Source: Actinomycetota bacterium (GTDB lineage: Bacteria; Actinomycetota; Thermoleophilia; Solirubrobacterales; 70-9). Taken from it: a stretch of 64,000 bases of DNA. The stretch spans positions 2,943-66,942 of the forward strand of contig JBKPNZ010000024.1 of NCBI GenBank assembly GCA_046732895.1, in the 5' to 3' direction. The notes beneath the pieces are model-generated. The model ran no database searches. It saw only the letters and a list, made by a program, of their open reading frames with translations, and had not been told where the DNA came from. Below, in pieces: positions 46,045 to 54,918 of the stretch (positions within the stretch are counted from its first letter, which is position 1; each line of letters begins with the position of its first letter). A program made the position numbers and the translations under genes.

Positions 46045-46120
46045 GGCCCGGGCCGGCAAGTCACCCACTCGACGATTTCCGTCCACGGTCTGGACGCGCC
46101 GACGATGGCGGACGTTCGCG

Positions 46121-46546
46121 TCAGTCCGAGCCGAGGCGCGTCTCGCCGCTCTCCGTGATCGTCCAATGCGGGTTGTGGCAGACCTCCCACGGGTGGCCGT
46201 CGGGGTCGATGAAGATGCCCGAATAGCCGCCCCAGAAGGTCTCGGCGCCCGGGCGGCCGATGGTCGCGCCCGCCTTCTCCGCCTGCGCGATCACGGCGTC
46301 AACCTCCTCGGGTGACGAGACGTTGTAGGCAAGCGTGATGCCACCCCAGCCCGGCGCGTTCTCGACGACCGAGTCCTCGGCGAGCTTCGCCCGGTCCCAC
46401 AGCGCAACGATCATCCCGCCCGCCTGGAAGAAGACGACGTCGTCGTCCGGCTCGGCGTTCGAGTGCCAGCCCATGCCCTCGTAGAACGCGCGGGCACGAG
46501 CGAGATCCGTCACGCCGAGGGTGATGAGGCTGACTCGCTGGTCCAT
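46121..46546 (-). CDS. VOC (glyoxalase/bleomycin resistance/dioxygenase) family protein
   Basis: The in-frame ATG at 46546 gives a 141-aa protein (MDQRVSLITLGVTDLARARAFYEGMGW...IFIDPDGHPWEV). The rest of ORF ..47200 is antisense to the M20 gene. Confidence 0.8.
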   Translation of the reverse strand: MDQRVSLITLGVTDLARARAFYEGMGWHSNAEPDDDVVFFQAGGMIVALWDRAKLAEDSVVENAPGWGGITLAYNVSSPEEVDAVIAQAEKAGATIGRPGAETFWGGYSGIFIDPDGHPWEVCHNPHWTITESGETRLGSD

Positions 46547-46594
46547 CGGGGCGATCCTGCCATATCCGATCCCGGGGCGCGCTAGCGCATAGCC

Positions 46595-47710
46595 TTGGCG
46601 CCTATGAGCGACGGGCTCCTGTTCAACCGGTTCACCCGGCTCTGCGAGATCCCGAGCCCGACGGGCGACGAGCGGGCGATGGCGGACGCGGTTGCCGCCG
46701 AGCTCGAAGGCCTGGGGCTGGAGGTCCACGAGGACGGAGCGGCGGGACCGGCGCGAGCCGGAGCGGGGAACGTGATCGCGCGCATTCCGGGAGCAGGCGA
46801 CGAGTGGGTCATGTTCTGCGCTCACCTGGACACCGTGCCCGAGGGGGGACCGATCGAAGTGGTCCTCGAGGACGGCGTCTTTCGCAGCAAGGGCGAGACG
46901 ATCCTGGGCGCTGACAACAAGGCCGCGGTGGCCGTGCTGATCGAGCTGGCCGCGCGTCACGCCACGGCGGCCGCCCCACCTCCGTACGGGATCGAGCTCG
47001 TGTTCACGGTCGCGGAGGAGGACGGGCTGCGCGGTGCGAAGGAGCTCGACACCGACGCGCTCAGGGCACGGTGCGGATTCGTGCTCGACCACGCCTCGCC
47101 GATCGGCGAGATCATCACGGCCGCCCCCACCTATAAGAAGCTGCTCGCCGACTTCGAGGGAACCGAGGCGCACTCGGGCATCCGCCCCGAGGACGGTCAC
47201 AACGCGATCCTGGCCGCAGCGACCGCGGTCTCCGCAATGGCGCTTGGCCGGCTCGACCCGGAGACCACGGCCAACATCGGGGTGATCAATGGCGGTACGG
47301 CGTCAAACGTGGTCGCCGGGCACTGCCACGTGGACGGCGAAGCCCGCAGCCTCGACGATGCCAGGGTCAGCGAGGTGATCGGCTCGATGGTTGACGCGTG
47401 CACATGGGCGGCGTCCGAGCATGGCTGCGATGTGGACGTTGACGTCGTCGAGATGTTCCGCGGGTACCGGCTGGCCTCCAGCTCCACGGCGCTCGCCTTC
47501 GGGCGCCAGGCGCTGGAGCGGTGCGGGCACGAGGTCAAGGAAGTCACCACGGGCGGTGGGAGCGATGCGAACGCGCTTGCGGTGAAGGGCTACGACTGCG
47601 TGCTGCTTGCCAACGGCACCGAGGCGAATCACACGCCGGCCGAGAGCGTCGCCGCGGTTCGGCTGGTCCAGATGCTCGCGGTCTGCGACGCGATCGTCGC
47701 CGGCGGGTGA
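46595..47710 (+). CDS. M20 family metallopeptidase (tripeptidase T-like)
   Basis: 371 aa. FTRLCEIPSPTGDERAMADAV, HLDTVP, GADNKAAVAV and FTVAEEDGLRGA motifs. The start is ATG 46595 or 46604. Confidence 0.82.
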   Translation: MAPMSDGLLFNRFTRLCEIPSPTGDERAMADAVAAELEGLGLEVHEDGAAGPARAGAGNVIARIPGAGDEWVMFCAHLDTVPEGGPIEVVLEDGVFRSKGETILGADNKAAVAVLIELAARHATAAAPPPYGIELVFTVAEEDGLRGAKELDTDALRARCGFVLDHASPIGEIITAAPTYKKLLADFEGTEAHSGIRPEDGHNAILAAATAVSAMALGRLDPETTANIGVINGGTASNVVAGHCHVDGEARSLDDARVSEVIGSMVDACTWAASEHGCDVDVDVVEMFRGYRLASSSTALAFGRQALERCGHEVKEVTTGGGSDANALAVKGYDCVLLANGTEANHTPAESVAAVRLVQMLAVCDAIVAGG

Positions 47711-47717
47711 GTTGCCA

Positions 47718-48776
47718 GTGCTGAAGTTGCGGCGCGGCATGGTCGTCGAGCTCGAGCCGCTGACCGTCGAGGTGGACGGCGAGCGGCGGCGGGCGTGGGC
47801 GGACGAGAGCCTGGTCGGCGAGATGGCGGCGGGCGACGAGGTGATCGTCAACACGGAGGCGCTGGACCTCGACCTTGGATCGGGTGGGTTCGACGTCGTG
47901 CACGTGAATCTGACCCGCGGGCTAGACGGCGAGGGGGCGAGCGGAGCGCACGTGATGAAGCTGAACTACACGTCCCTCCAGCACCCCGTCGAGCCGGTCG
48001 AGGTGCCGAACGACGCCAACGCGCGCACGCCGCCCGTGCTCGTCATTCCCCTCCACGGCCACCTGGCGCCGGCGGCGTGGGCGGCCGCCCAGGCGCGCCC
48101 TGGGCTCGAGGTTGGATACGTACAAACGCCGGGCGGCGCCCTGCCGGGATCCCTGTCTCGGGACGTCCGGGTGCTGCGCGAGCGCGGTCTGCTCGCCGGG
48201 CACATCACGGCCGGCCCGGCCTACGGCGGACAGCACGAGGCGATCAGCGTCGTCGGCGCGCTCGATGCCGCCGCGCGTAGGCTGGAATGGGGCGCGGTGA
48301 TCGCCGGGCCCGGTCCCGGCATCCTGGGCTCGTCGAGGCGCTACGGGCACGGAGGGATGGCGGCCCTCGAGACGGCTCACTCGGCCCTCGCACTCGGCTT
48401 GCCGACCCTTGCCTCACCACGCCTTTCGAGCTCTGACCCGCGCCCGCGGCATCGCGGCCTGAGCCACCACACCCGGGCGCTGCTCGAGCTCGTGCTCGGG
48501 ACCCTTCGCGTCCCGGTCCCCGAGGCGGAGCTGGAGGGGTGGCCGATGCTCGACGCCGATGCCCCGGAGGGCGGCTCGGCCCAGGCCGCGCTCGACTCGC
48601 TGATCGAGCTGTGCGCCGACGATCACGACATCGCCGTGATGAGAGTCAACCTCGACGGGTATGCGCAGAGCGGCCTGCCGGCCACGACCATGGGACGTCC
48701 GATCGCCGAAGATCCCCTCTTCTTCGCCGCGCCGCTCGCGGCGGGCCGCGCTCTGGCGGAGGCGGCCGGCCGATGA
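47718..48776 (+). CDS. DUF3866 family protein
   Basis: A GTG at 47718 gives VLKLRRGMVVELEPLTVEVDGERRRAWADESLVGEMAAGDEVIVNT, matching my recollection of DUF3866 N-termini. It precedes and overlaps the Nudix gene. Confidence 0.6.
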   Translation: MLKLRRGMVVELEPLTVEVDGERRRAWADESLVGEMAAGDEVIVNTEALDLDLGSGGFDVVHVNLTRGLDGEGASGAHVMKLNYTSLQHPVEPVEVPNDANARTPPVLVIPLHGHLAPAAWAAAQARPGLEVGYVQTPGGALPGSLSRDVRVLRERGLLAGHITAGPAYGGQHEAISVVGALDAAARRLEWGAVIAGPGPGILGSSRRYGHGGMAALETAHSALALGLPTLASPRLSSSDPRPRHRGLSHHTRALLELVLGTLRVPVPEAELEGWPMLDADAPEGGSAQAALDSLIELCADDHDIAVMRVNLDGYAQSGLPATTMGRPIAEDPLFFAAPLAAGRALAEAAGR

Positions 48777-49303
48777 CGGCGATGGAACGCATCGGCTCGA
48801 AGCAGGTGTATGACGGTGCGATCGCGAGCGTTCGTATCGACGAGTACCGCTACGACGACGGCTCCACGGCCGAACGCGAGGTCGTCGAGCACCCCGGTGC
48901 AGTCGCGATCGTGGCCCATGACTCCGAGTTCGTCTATCTGGTGCGCCAGCCCCGTGAGGCCGTGGATGAGGGGGCGCTGCTGGAGCTTCCTGCCGGCAAG
49001 CTCGACGTCGAGGGCGAGAGTCGCCTGGACTGCGCGAAACGCGAGCTCGATGAGGAGATCGCCAAACGAGCCGAGGAGTGGAGCGAGCTGAAGCGCTTCT
49101 ACACGAGCCCCGGGTTCGCCCAGGAGGAGGTCACCCTGTTTCTGGCGACCGGCCTCTCGGATACCGACACCGAGTCCGATCCGCAGGAGCGGCTCGAGAT
49201 CGTGCCGTGGCGCCTCGACGCCCTCGACGGCGCCATCGCGGCGTGTCACGACTCCAAGTCGCTGATCGGCCTGCTGATCCTGCGCGACGCCCTGCGCTCC
49301 TGA
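48773..49303 (+). CDS. NUDIX hydrolase (ADP-ribose pyrophosphatase-like)
   Basis: The in-frame ATG at 48773 forms an ATGA overlap. Nudix box GKLDVEGESRLDCAKRELDEEIA. Position is equivalent to the mycobacterial Nudix gene between pyrG and xerD. Confidence 0.85.
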   Translation: MTAMERIGSKQVYDGAIASVRIDEYRYDDGSTAEREVVEHPGAVAIVAHDSEFVYLVRQPREAVDEGALLELPAGKLDVEGESRLDCAKRELDEEIAKRAEEWSELKRFYTSPGFAQEEVTLFLATGLSDTDTESDPQERLEIVPWRLDALDGAIAACHDSKSLIGLLILRDALRS

Positions 49304-49367
49304 TCGGCCGAACGCACGGCCGTTTGCACCGGCAGGGCTGGCACGTCCCCGCCCGAACAACTCCGGC

Positions 49368-50339
49368 ATGGCCGTTGCCGTCCGATCCGATACCGATGGC
49401 GGAGTCGAGCCGCGCTTCGAGGCGCTCGTGCTCGACTTCCTGGCGCATCTGGAGTTCGAGCGTGGGCTCGCACGGAACACGCTCGACGCCTATCGAACGG
49501 ATCTTCTCCAGTACGGAACGTTCCTGAGCGCCCGCGGGCGCGGGGCCACTGAGGCGGATCGCGGCGACGTCGCCGACTTCCTCGCCGACCTGGCGACGGG
49601 CCATCCCGGGGAGAACGGGGACGCGCGCCCGCCGTGCTCGCCGGCGACGATCAGCCGCAAGACGGCGGCGCTGCGGAGCTTCTATCGCCACCTGCGCCGC
49701 GAGGAGCTGGTGTCCGAGGACCCGACCGCGAGCGTCAGCCCTCCGGCGAAGAGCCGCAAGCTGCCACAGGTCCTGAGCTACGCGGAGGTCAAGCTCCTCC
49801 TTGACAGCGCGAACGGCGCTGATCCGATCGCTCTGCGCGACCGCGCGCTGCTCGAGGTGATGTACGGATGCGGCCTGCGGGCGTCGGAGGCGGTCGGCCT
49901 CGAGGTGACCGAGATCGATCTGCGCCGCGGGTTCGTCCGGCCGCACGGGAAGGGGTCCAAGGAGCGGATCGTGCCGATCGGGCGCGAGGCGTCCGCGGCC
50001 GTCACGCGTTACCTGCGGGCCGGTCGTCCCGAGCTCGTGGGGTCGCGGCCCGAGGGCAAGCTCTTCGTCAACTTCCGCGGCGGCTCACTGACCCGCCAGG
50101 GCCTCTACAAGATCATTCAGCGCCACGCGGCCGAGGTCGGTCTTGCCGGCCGGATGAGCCCACACACCCTGCGCCACAGCTTCGCGACGCACCTGCTCTC
50201 GGGCGGATGCGACCTGCGCTCGGTCCAGGAGATGCTCGGCCACGCCGACGTCGCGACGACGCAGCTCTACACGCATCTGTCCGGAGAGCGCATCAAGGAG
50301 GTCTACTTCAAGGCCCACCCGCGAGCCGTCGCGGACTAG
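49368..50339 (+). CDS. xerD: Site-specific tyrosine recombinase XerD
   Basis: 323 aa. ARNTLDAYRTDL N-terminal SAM-like domain and the catalytic region RASE...HTLRHSFATHLL...LGHADVATTQLYTHL. Conserved pyrG-nudix-xerD context. Confidence 0.9.
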   Translation: MAVAVRSDTDGGVEPRFEALVLDFLAHLEFERGLARNTLDAYRTDLLQYGTFLSARGRGATEADRGDVADFLADLATGHPGENGDARPPCSPATISRKTAALRSFYRHLRREELVSEDPTASVSPPAKSRKLPQVLSYAEVKLLLDSANGADPIALRDRALLEVMYGCGLRASEAVGLEVTEIDLRRGFVRPHGKGSKERIVPIGREASAAVTRYLRAGRPELVGSRPEGKLFVNFRGGSLTRQGLYKIIQRHAAEVGLAGRMSPHTLRHSFATHLLSGGCDLRSVQEMLGHADVATTQLYTHLSGERIKEVYFKAHPRAVAD

Positions 50340-50365
50340 GCGCTCAGTCCGGCTAACGTCCTTAC

Positions 50366-51307
50366 ATGCCTGAATTGCCGGAGGTCGAGACCGTCCGGCG
50401 GCAGTTGGAGCCGAAGGTCGTCGGCCGCCGGGTCGAGTCGGCCGAAGTGCTCGATGAGCGGTGGACGCGGCCGCGCTCGCCGCGTGAGCTCGAGCGGGCG
50501 GTGGCCGGCCGGCGGATCGAGGCGGTTGACCGGCGCGGGAAGTATCTGCTCGTGCGGCTGGAAGGGGATCACACCCTTGTCATGCATCTGCGGATGACGG
50601 GGAATCTGCTCCTTCGCCCAGCGGATGCGAGCGGCGAGTCCACCGTCGATCTGATGGAGGCACGGCTCGGCGGCCCCAGGTTGTATGAGTCGCATCCCGA
50701 CGCACGTTTCCTGCGAGCGGTGATTCGGCTCGATGACGGCTCCGAGGTGTGGTTCACGGATGCGCGCCGCTTCGGGCACGCCGAAGTGCTGACGGGGGAT
50801 GAGTTGGAGCCGTATTTTGCGGCGCGCCTTGGGCTCGAGCCGCTCTCCGACGAGCTCACGCCGCAGGCGCTGTGCCGGGTTGCGGCGCGCCGGACCGCAC
50901 CCCTCAAGTCGTTCCTGCTCAATCAGGCGGGAATCGCCGGGATCGGGAACATCTACGCCGACGAGGCGTTGTGGCGAGCCCGGCTGCATCCGCTCTCGCC
51001 CGCTGGGTCGATGCGACCAGAGCACTGCGAGGACCTGTGCGAGGGAATCGTGGAGGCGCTCGAAGCGGGCCTTGCGCACGGAGGCTCCTCGATCGACGAC
51101 TACCGCGATGCCCGTGGCGCGCGCGGGTCCATGCAGGATGAGTTCCTGGTGCACACGCGAGAGGGCGAGCCGTGCGTGCGTTGTGGCGAGACGATCCGGC
51201 GGATCGTCGTGGGCGGGCGCTCGACCTATTTCTGCCCGGGCTGCCAGAAGCGCCTGCGCCGCCGCCGCAGGCGCACTCAGCGGCGCAGGGCCGCGAGCTC
51301 GGCGTGA
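50366..51307 (+). CDS. mutM: Formamidopyrimidine-DNA glycosylase
   Basis: MPELPEVETVRR N-terminus, H2TH region, and C-terminal zinc finger CVRCGETIRRIVVGGRSTYFCPGCQ. Confidence 0.92.
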   Translation: MPELPEVETVRRQLEPKVVGRRVESAEVLDERWTRPRSPRELERAVAGRRIEAVDRRGKYLLVRLEGDHTLVMHLRMTGNLLLRPADASGESTVDLMEARLGGPRLYESHPDARFLRAVIRLDDGSEVWFTDARRFGHAEVLTGDELEPYFAARLGLEPLSDELTPQALCRVAARRTAPLKSFLLNQAGIAGIGNIYADEALWRARLHPLSPAGSMRPEHCEDLCEGIVEALEAGLAHGGSSIDDYRDARGARGSMQDEFLVHTREGEPCVRCGETIRRIVVGGRSTYFCPGCQKRLRRRRRRTQRRRAASSA

Positions 51308-52233
51308 GCGAGGCGCTCGCCCCACCGGAGGGGTTCGGCATCGGTCACTGGACCGAGGCCGAGGGCGCGACCGGGTGCACCGTGGTGATCGCGCCTCCGG
51401 GCACGCAAGCGGGTGTGGACGTTCGCGGCGGTGGGCCGGGCACCCGCGAGACCGACGTGATCGGGCCGCTGGCGGGGACGGCGGAGGTGACGGCGGTGAT
51501 GCTCGCCGGCGGGAGCGCGTACGGCCTGGCCGCCGCGGACGGTGCGATGCGCTGGCTGGAGGAGCATGGGCGCGGCTACCAGACGCCCGGTGGGCTGGTG
51601 CCGATCGTGCCCGCGGCGGTCATCTACGACCTGGTTGAGGGAGATCCGTCCTCGCGCCCCGATCATGAGTCGGGGAGAGCCGCCTGTGAAGCGGCGGCGC
51701 CTGCGGTACCCGAGCGGGGAAGGATCGGTGCCGGATCCGGTGCCGCGGTCGGGAAGATCCTGGGGCGCGCGCGTGCGACGCCTGCGGGCGTCGGCTACGC
51801 GGCGGCGCGTGCGGGCCGGGGAGAGCTCGTCGCCGCGGTCGCGGTGGTGAATGCCTTTGGGGACGTGATCGGCGCGGATGGTGAGGTGCTCGCTGGGCCG
51901 CGCGGTGATGACGGCAGCCTCGCGCGCACCGCGGAGCTGATCGCCGACATGAAGGCGCCGCCCGAATGGGCGGCGCTGGAGGAGCGCAACACGACCCTCG
52001 TCTGCCTGATGACCGATGCCGCCCTCGACAAGCCGTCGTGCACCCGGGTCGCGCGCATGGCCAGCGGCGGAGTGGCGCGGGCGGTCGACCCCGTGTTCTC
52101 GGACGTCGACGGCGATGTCGTCTTCTGCCTTGCCTCCGGCGGGCCTGCGCGCGATCGCTTCGCGACGACGGCGGTGGGGGCGCTCGCGGCGACCGTGACG
52201 GCCGCCGCGATCCGCGATGCCGTCAGCCGATAG
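51304..52233 (+). CDS. P1/DmpA family aminopeptidase (peptidase S58)
   Basis: A GTG at 51304 forms a GTGA overlap with the mutM stop. GHWTEAEGATGCTVVI...GVDVRGGGPGTRETD...AVMLAGGSAYGLAAADG is typical of the DmpA/L-aminopeptidase family. Confidence 0.8.
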   Translation: MSEALAPPEGFGIGHWTEAEGATGCTVVIAPPGTQAGVDVRGGGPGTRETDVIGPLAGTAEVTAVMLAGGSAYGLAAADGAMRWLEEHGRGYQTPGGLVPIVPAAVIYDLVEGDPSSRPDHESGRAACEAAAPAVPERGRIGAGSGAAVGKILGRARATPAGVGYAAARAGRGELVAAVAVVNAFGDVIGADGEVLAGPRGDDGSLARTAELIADMKAPPEWAALEERNTTLVCLMTDAALDKPSCTRVARMASGGVARAVDPVFSDVDGDVVFCLASGGPARDRFATTAVGALAATVTAAAIRDAVSR

Positions 52234-52289
52234 CCGGCCGTTCGTCCACATGGGAGCCGTCCGGTTCCGAGTTCATCCTCTCGGTCCCC

Positions 52290-53045
52290 ATGCCCGGCGC
52301 TTATAAGACAGAGGCGGTGGTCCTGCGGTCCATCCGCTACGGCGAGGCCGATCGCGTGCTGCACCTCTACAGCGCCCATCGCGGTCGCGTGAGCGCGATC
52401 GCGAAGGGCGCGCGGCGGCCGCGCTCGCGCTTCGGGGGAAGGCTGGAGCCGTTCTTCCGCCTGGATCTAGTGCTCTACGAGGGCAGGGGGGAGCTGGCGA
52501 CGGTGACCGCCGCCCACACCGTCGACGGACACGCGGCGCTGCGCGCGAGCGGTCCCGCGCTCGGGGCGGCGGCGCGTGCCTGCGACGCCGTGCTGCGCCT
52601 GCTCGACGAGGCACAGCCGAATCCCGCCGCCTACAACCTGCTGTGCCGCTATCTGGCGCTGCTGGACGAGGGTGAGCCAGGGAGTGGGCGCCATCCGGCC
52701 TCGCTCGAGGTCGATGGCGCCGCCGGAATGGCGACCGCGCTGGCGTTCCGGCTCAAACTGGCGCTGGCGGCGGGGTTCTCGCCGGAGCTCTCCTCATGCG
52801 CACGGTGCGGCGAGGTCGATGACCTCCGCGGGTTCTCGGGCGCTGCGGGTGGGGTCGTGTGCGGGGCGTGCGAGCGGGGAGGGTTCGAGCTCACACGCGA
52901 CGCCCACGCGTTCATGGTCGAGGCGCTGGGACGCCCCCTTGCGGATGCGCCCAGCGCGTCGCCGCGCGATCTGCGGCAGGTGGAGCGGGCGCTCGGCGAG
53001 ACGCTCGAGCACCATGCGCACGTGCAGCTGCGCGCAGCCGCCTGA
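52290..53045 (+). CDS. recO: DNA repair protein RecO
   Basis: The in-frame ATG at 52290 gives MPGAYKTEAVVLRSIRYGEADRVLHLYSAHRGRVSAIAKGARR. A C-terminal Cys cluster (CARCG...CGAC) is present. Confidence 0.88.
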   Translation: MPGAYKTEAVVLRSIRYGEADRVLHLYSAHRGRVSAIAKGARRPRSRFGGRLEPFFRLDLVLYEGRGELATVTAAHTVDGHAALRASGPALGAAARACDAVLRLLDEAQPNPAAYNLLCRYLALLDEGEPGSGRHPASLEVDGAAGMATALAFRLKLALAAGFSPELSSCARCGEVDDLRGFSGAAGGVVCGACERGGFELTRDAHAFMVEALGRPLADAPSASPRDLRQVERALGETLEHHAHVQLRAAA

Positions 53046-53076
53046 GAAGCTGCCCGTTCATCGCCACCGGGACGGT

Positions 53077-53855
53077 TCACTTGCCCGGCCGATAGAGGCG
53101 CTCGGTGATACGCAGTTGAACGGCGCGAGGCGAAGGGCGCGTGGCGCGGAGGAACCAGCGGATCGTGCGGCCGGGAACGATCGAGCGGCGGCCGCGATCG
53201 AAGGCGGCGAGGGACTCCGCCACGACCTGCGACGCGGGAATCTTACCGGGCACGAAGCCCGCCTCGTCGGGGTTCTCGTAGCCGGCGACGGCTTGCCACT
53301 CGGTCGGAACGGGACCGGGATTCACGGTTAGGACGCGCACGCCGCTGCCGCGCATCTCCTCCGAAAGGGCTTCGCCGAAGCTCAGGGCGAAGGCCTTGCC
53401 CGCCGCATAGACCGCCTGGTAGGGATGGGTTGCATGCCAGCGCTGGAGGCGACGATGATCACGCCGCCGCGGGCGCGCTCGACCATCTGGGGGAGGAAGG
53501 CGTGGGTGAGGGTGATGACCGCCTCGCAGTTCAGGCGGATCTCCTCCGCTTCGCGCGCAGGGTTCTGCTCGAGGAAGCGGCCGTAGGTGCCGAAGCCGGC
53601 GTTGTTCACGAGGAGCTCGACATCCAGGCCGAGCTCGGCGATGCGTTTCGGCAGGCTGGGGGCGTCGGTCGCGAGGTCGCAGGCGATGACGTGTGCGTCG
53701 GTTGGCAACTCATCGGCGAGTGCCTCGAGCCGGTCGGTGCGCCGGGCCACCAGGATGAGCTCGTGGCTGCGCGCCGAGAGCTGGCGGGCGAATTCCGCGC
53801 CGATGCCGGAGGATGCGCCTGTGACGAGTGCCGCCGGACGGGGAGATTCGGGCAT
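53077..53855 (-). pseudogene. Short-chain dehydrogenase/reductase interrupted by a 1-nt frameshift just before the YxxxK motif
   Basis: ORF 53382..53855 carries TGASSGIGAEFA...NNAG...VASSAGMQPIP and then goes out of frame. Reading one frame over from ~53422 gives YQAVYAAGKAFALSFGEALSEEMRGSGVRVLTVNPGPV, continuous with ORF 53077..53355. Confidence 0.75.
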
Positions 53856-53895
53856 GGGCTCAGCCTATGCTCTCTCGGAGGTGTCGAGGACCGAG

Positions 53896-54918
53896 ATGAA
53901 GCCGCCGAGTGCCGCCGCCAGGTCGCTGGAGGAGAGGGTGCGCGCATGGGAGGCGGAGTACCTGTGGGACCTCGCGACCCGCTCGTATCCGGCGGTGCGG
54001 CGTGAGCCCGAGGAGGACAGCCCGGTGCGCACGCCGTTCCAGCGCGATCGCGACCGGATCGTGCACTCGAAGGCGTTCCGGCGGCTGAAGCACAAGACGC
54101 AGGTGTTCATCGCGCCGGAGGGAGACCACTACCGCACCCGCCTCACCCACACGCTCGAGACGTGCGGGATCGCGCGTACGGTGGCGCGGGCGCTGGGACT
54201 GAACGAGGATTTGACCGAGGCGATCGGGTTGGGGCACGACCTGGGGCATCCGCCGTTTGGGCATATCGGCGAGGAGGCGCTTGACAAGGCGCTGCAGGAG
54301 CACGGCGCCCGGCGGTTCAAGCACAACGTGCACTCGCTGCGGGTGGTGGACGTGCTGGAGCGAGACGGCGTGGGATTGAACCTGACGGAGGTGGTTCGTG
54401 ACGGGATCCTGAATCACACCGGGCCGGAGAAGCCGGCGACGCTGGAGGGGCGCATCGTGAGGCTGGTGGATCGGGTGGCGTACATCAACCATGACCTCGA
54501 CGACGCGCTGCGGGCGGGGATCCTGACGGCCGATGATCTGCCCGCGGCGGAGATCGAGCTGCTCGGTGAGACGGGCTCGCGGAGGATCGACACGCTTGTG
54601 CGCGACATCGTCGAGCGCTCGGGCGATGCGCGCGATATCGCGCAGAGTGAGGAGGTCGGCGGCGCGATGCTGCGCCTGCGGAGGTTCATGTTCGAGCGGG
54701 TGTACCTGGCGCCCGAGGCGCGCTCGGAGCACGAGCGGGTGCAGAGGACGGTGCGCGGGCTCTTCGACCACTACATGGACGAGCCCGATGAGGTGCCGGG
54801 TGATGCGCCGGCGGCCGACGATCTGCAGCGGGTGACCGATTGGATTGCGGGGATGACGGATCGCTTCTGCATCGCGACGTTCAGGCGCCTGGCGCTCCCG
54901 GAGGAGTCGCGCCTGTGA
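53896..54918 (+). CDS. dgt: dGTP triphosphohydrolase-like HD-domain protein
   Basis: FQRDRDRIVHSKAFRRLKHKTQVF, RLTHTLE and GHDLGHPPFGH motifs, with dgt-dnaG adjacency. The start is uncertain (ATG 53854 or 53896). Confidence 0.88.
   Translation: MKPPSAAARSLEERVRAWEAEYLWDLATRSYPAVRREPEEDSPVRTPFQRDRDRIVHSKAFRRLKHKTQVFIAPEGDHYRTRLTHTLETCGIARTVARALGLNEDLTEAIGLGHDLGHPPFGHIGEEALDKALQEHGARRFKHNVHSLRVVDVLERDGVGLNLTEVVRDGILNHTGPEKPATLEGRIVRLVDRVAYINHDLDDALRAGILTADDLPAAEIELLGETGSRRIDTLVRDIVERSGDARDIAQSEEVGGAMLRLRRFMFERVYLAPEARSEHERVQRTVRGLFDHYMDEPDEVPGDAPAADDLQRVTDWIAGMTDRFCIATFRRLALPEESRL

Noticed and set aside
49368-50339. A tyrosine recombinase, considered as a possible integrase of a mobile element or island.
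   Set aside because: The sequence and the context (pyrG ... Nudix - xerD, as in mycobacteria) fit the housekeeping chromosome-dimer resolvase XerD. There are no flanking direct repeats, no tRNA-adjacent att site and no phage or transposon genes.
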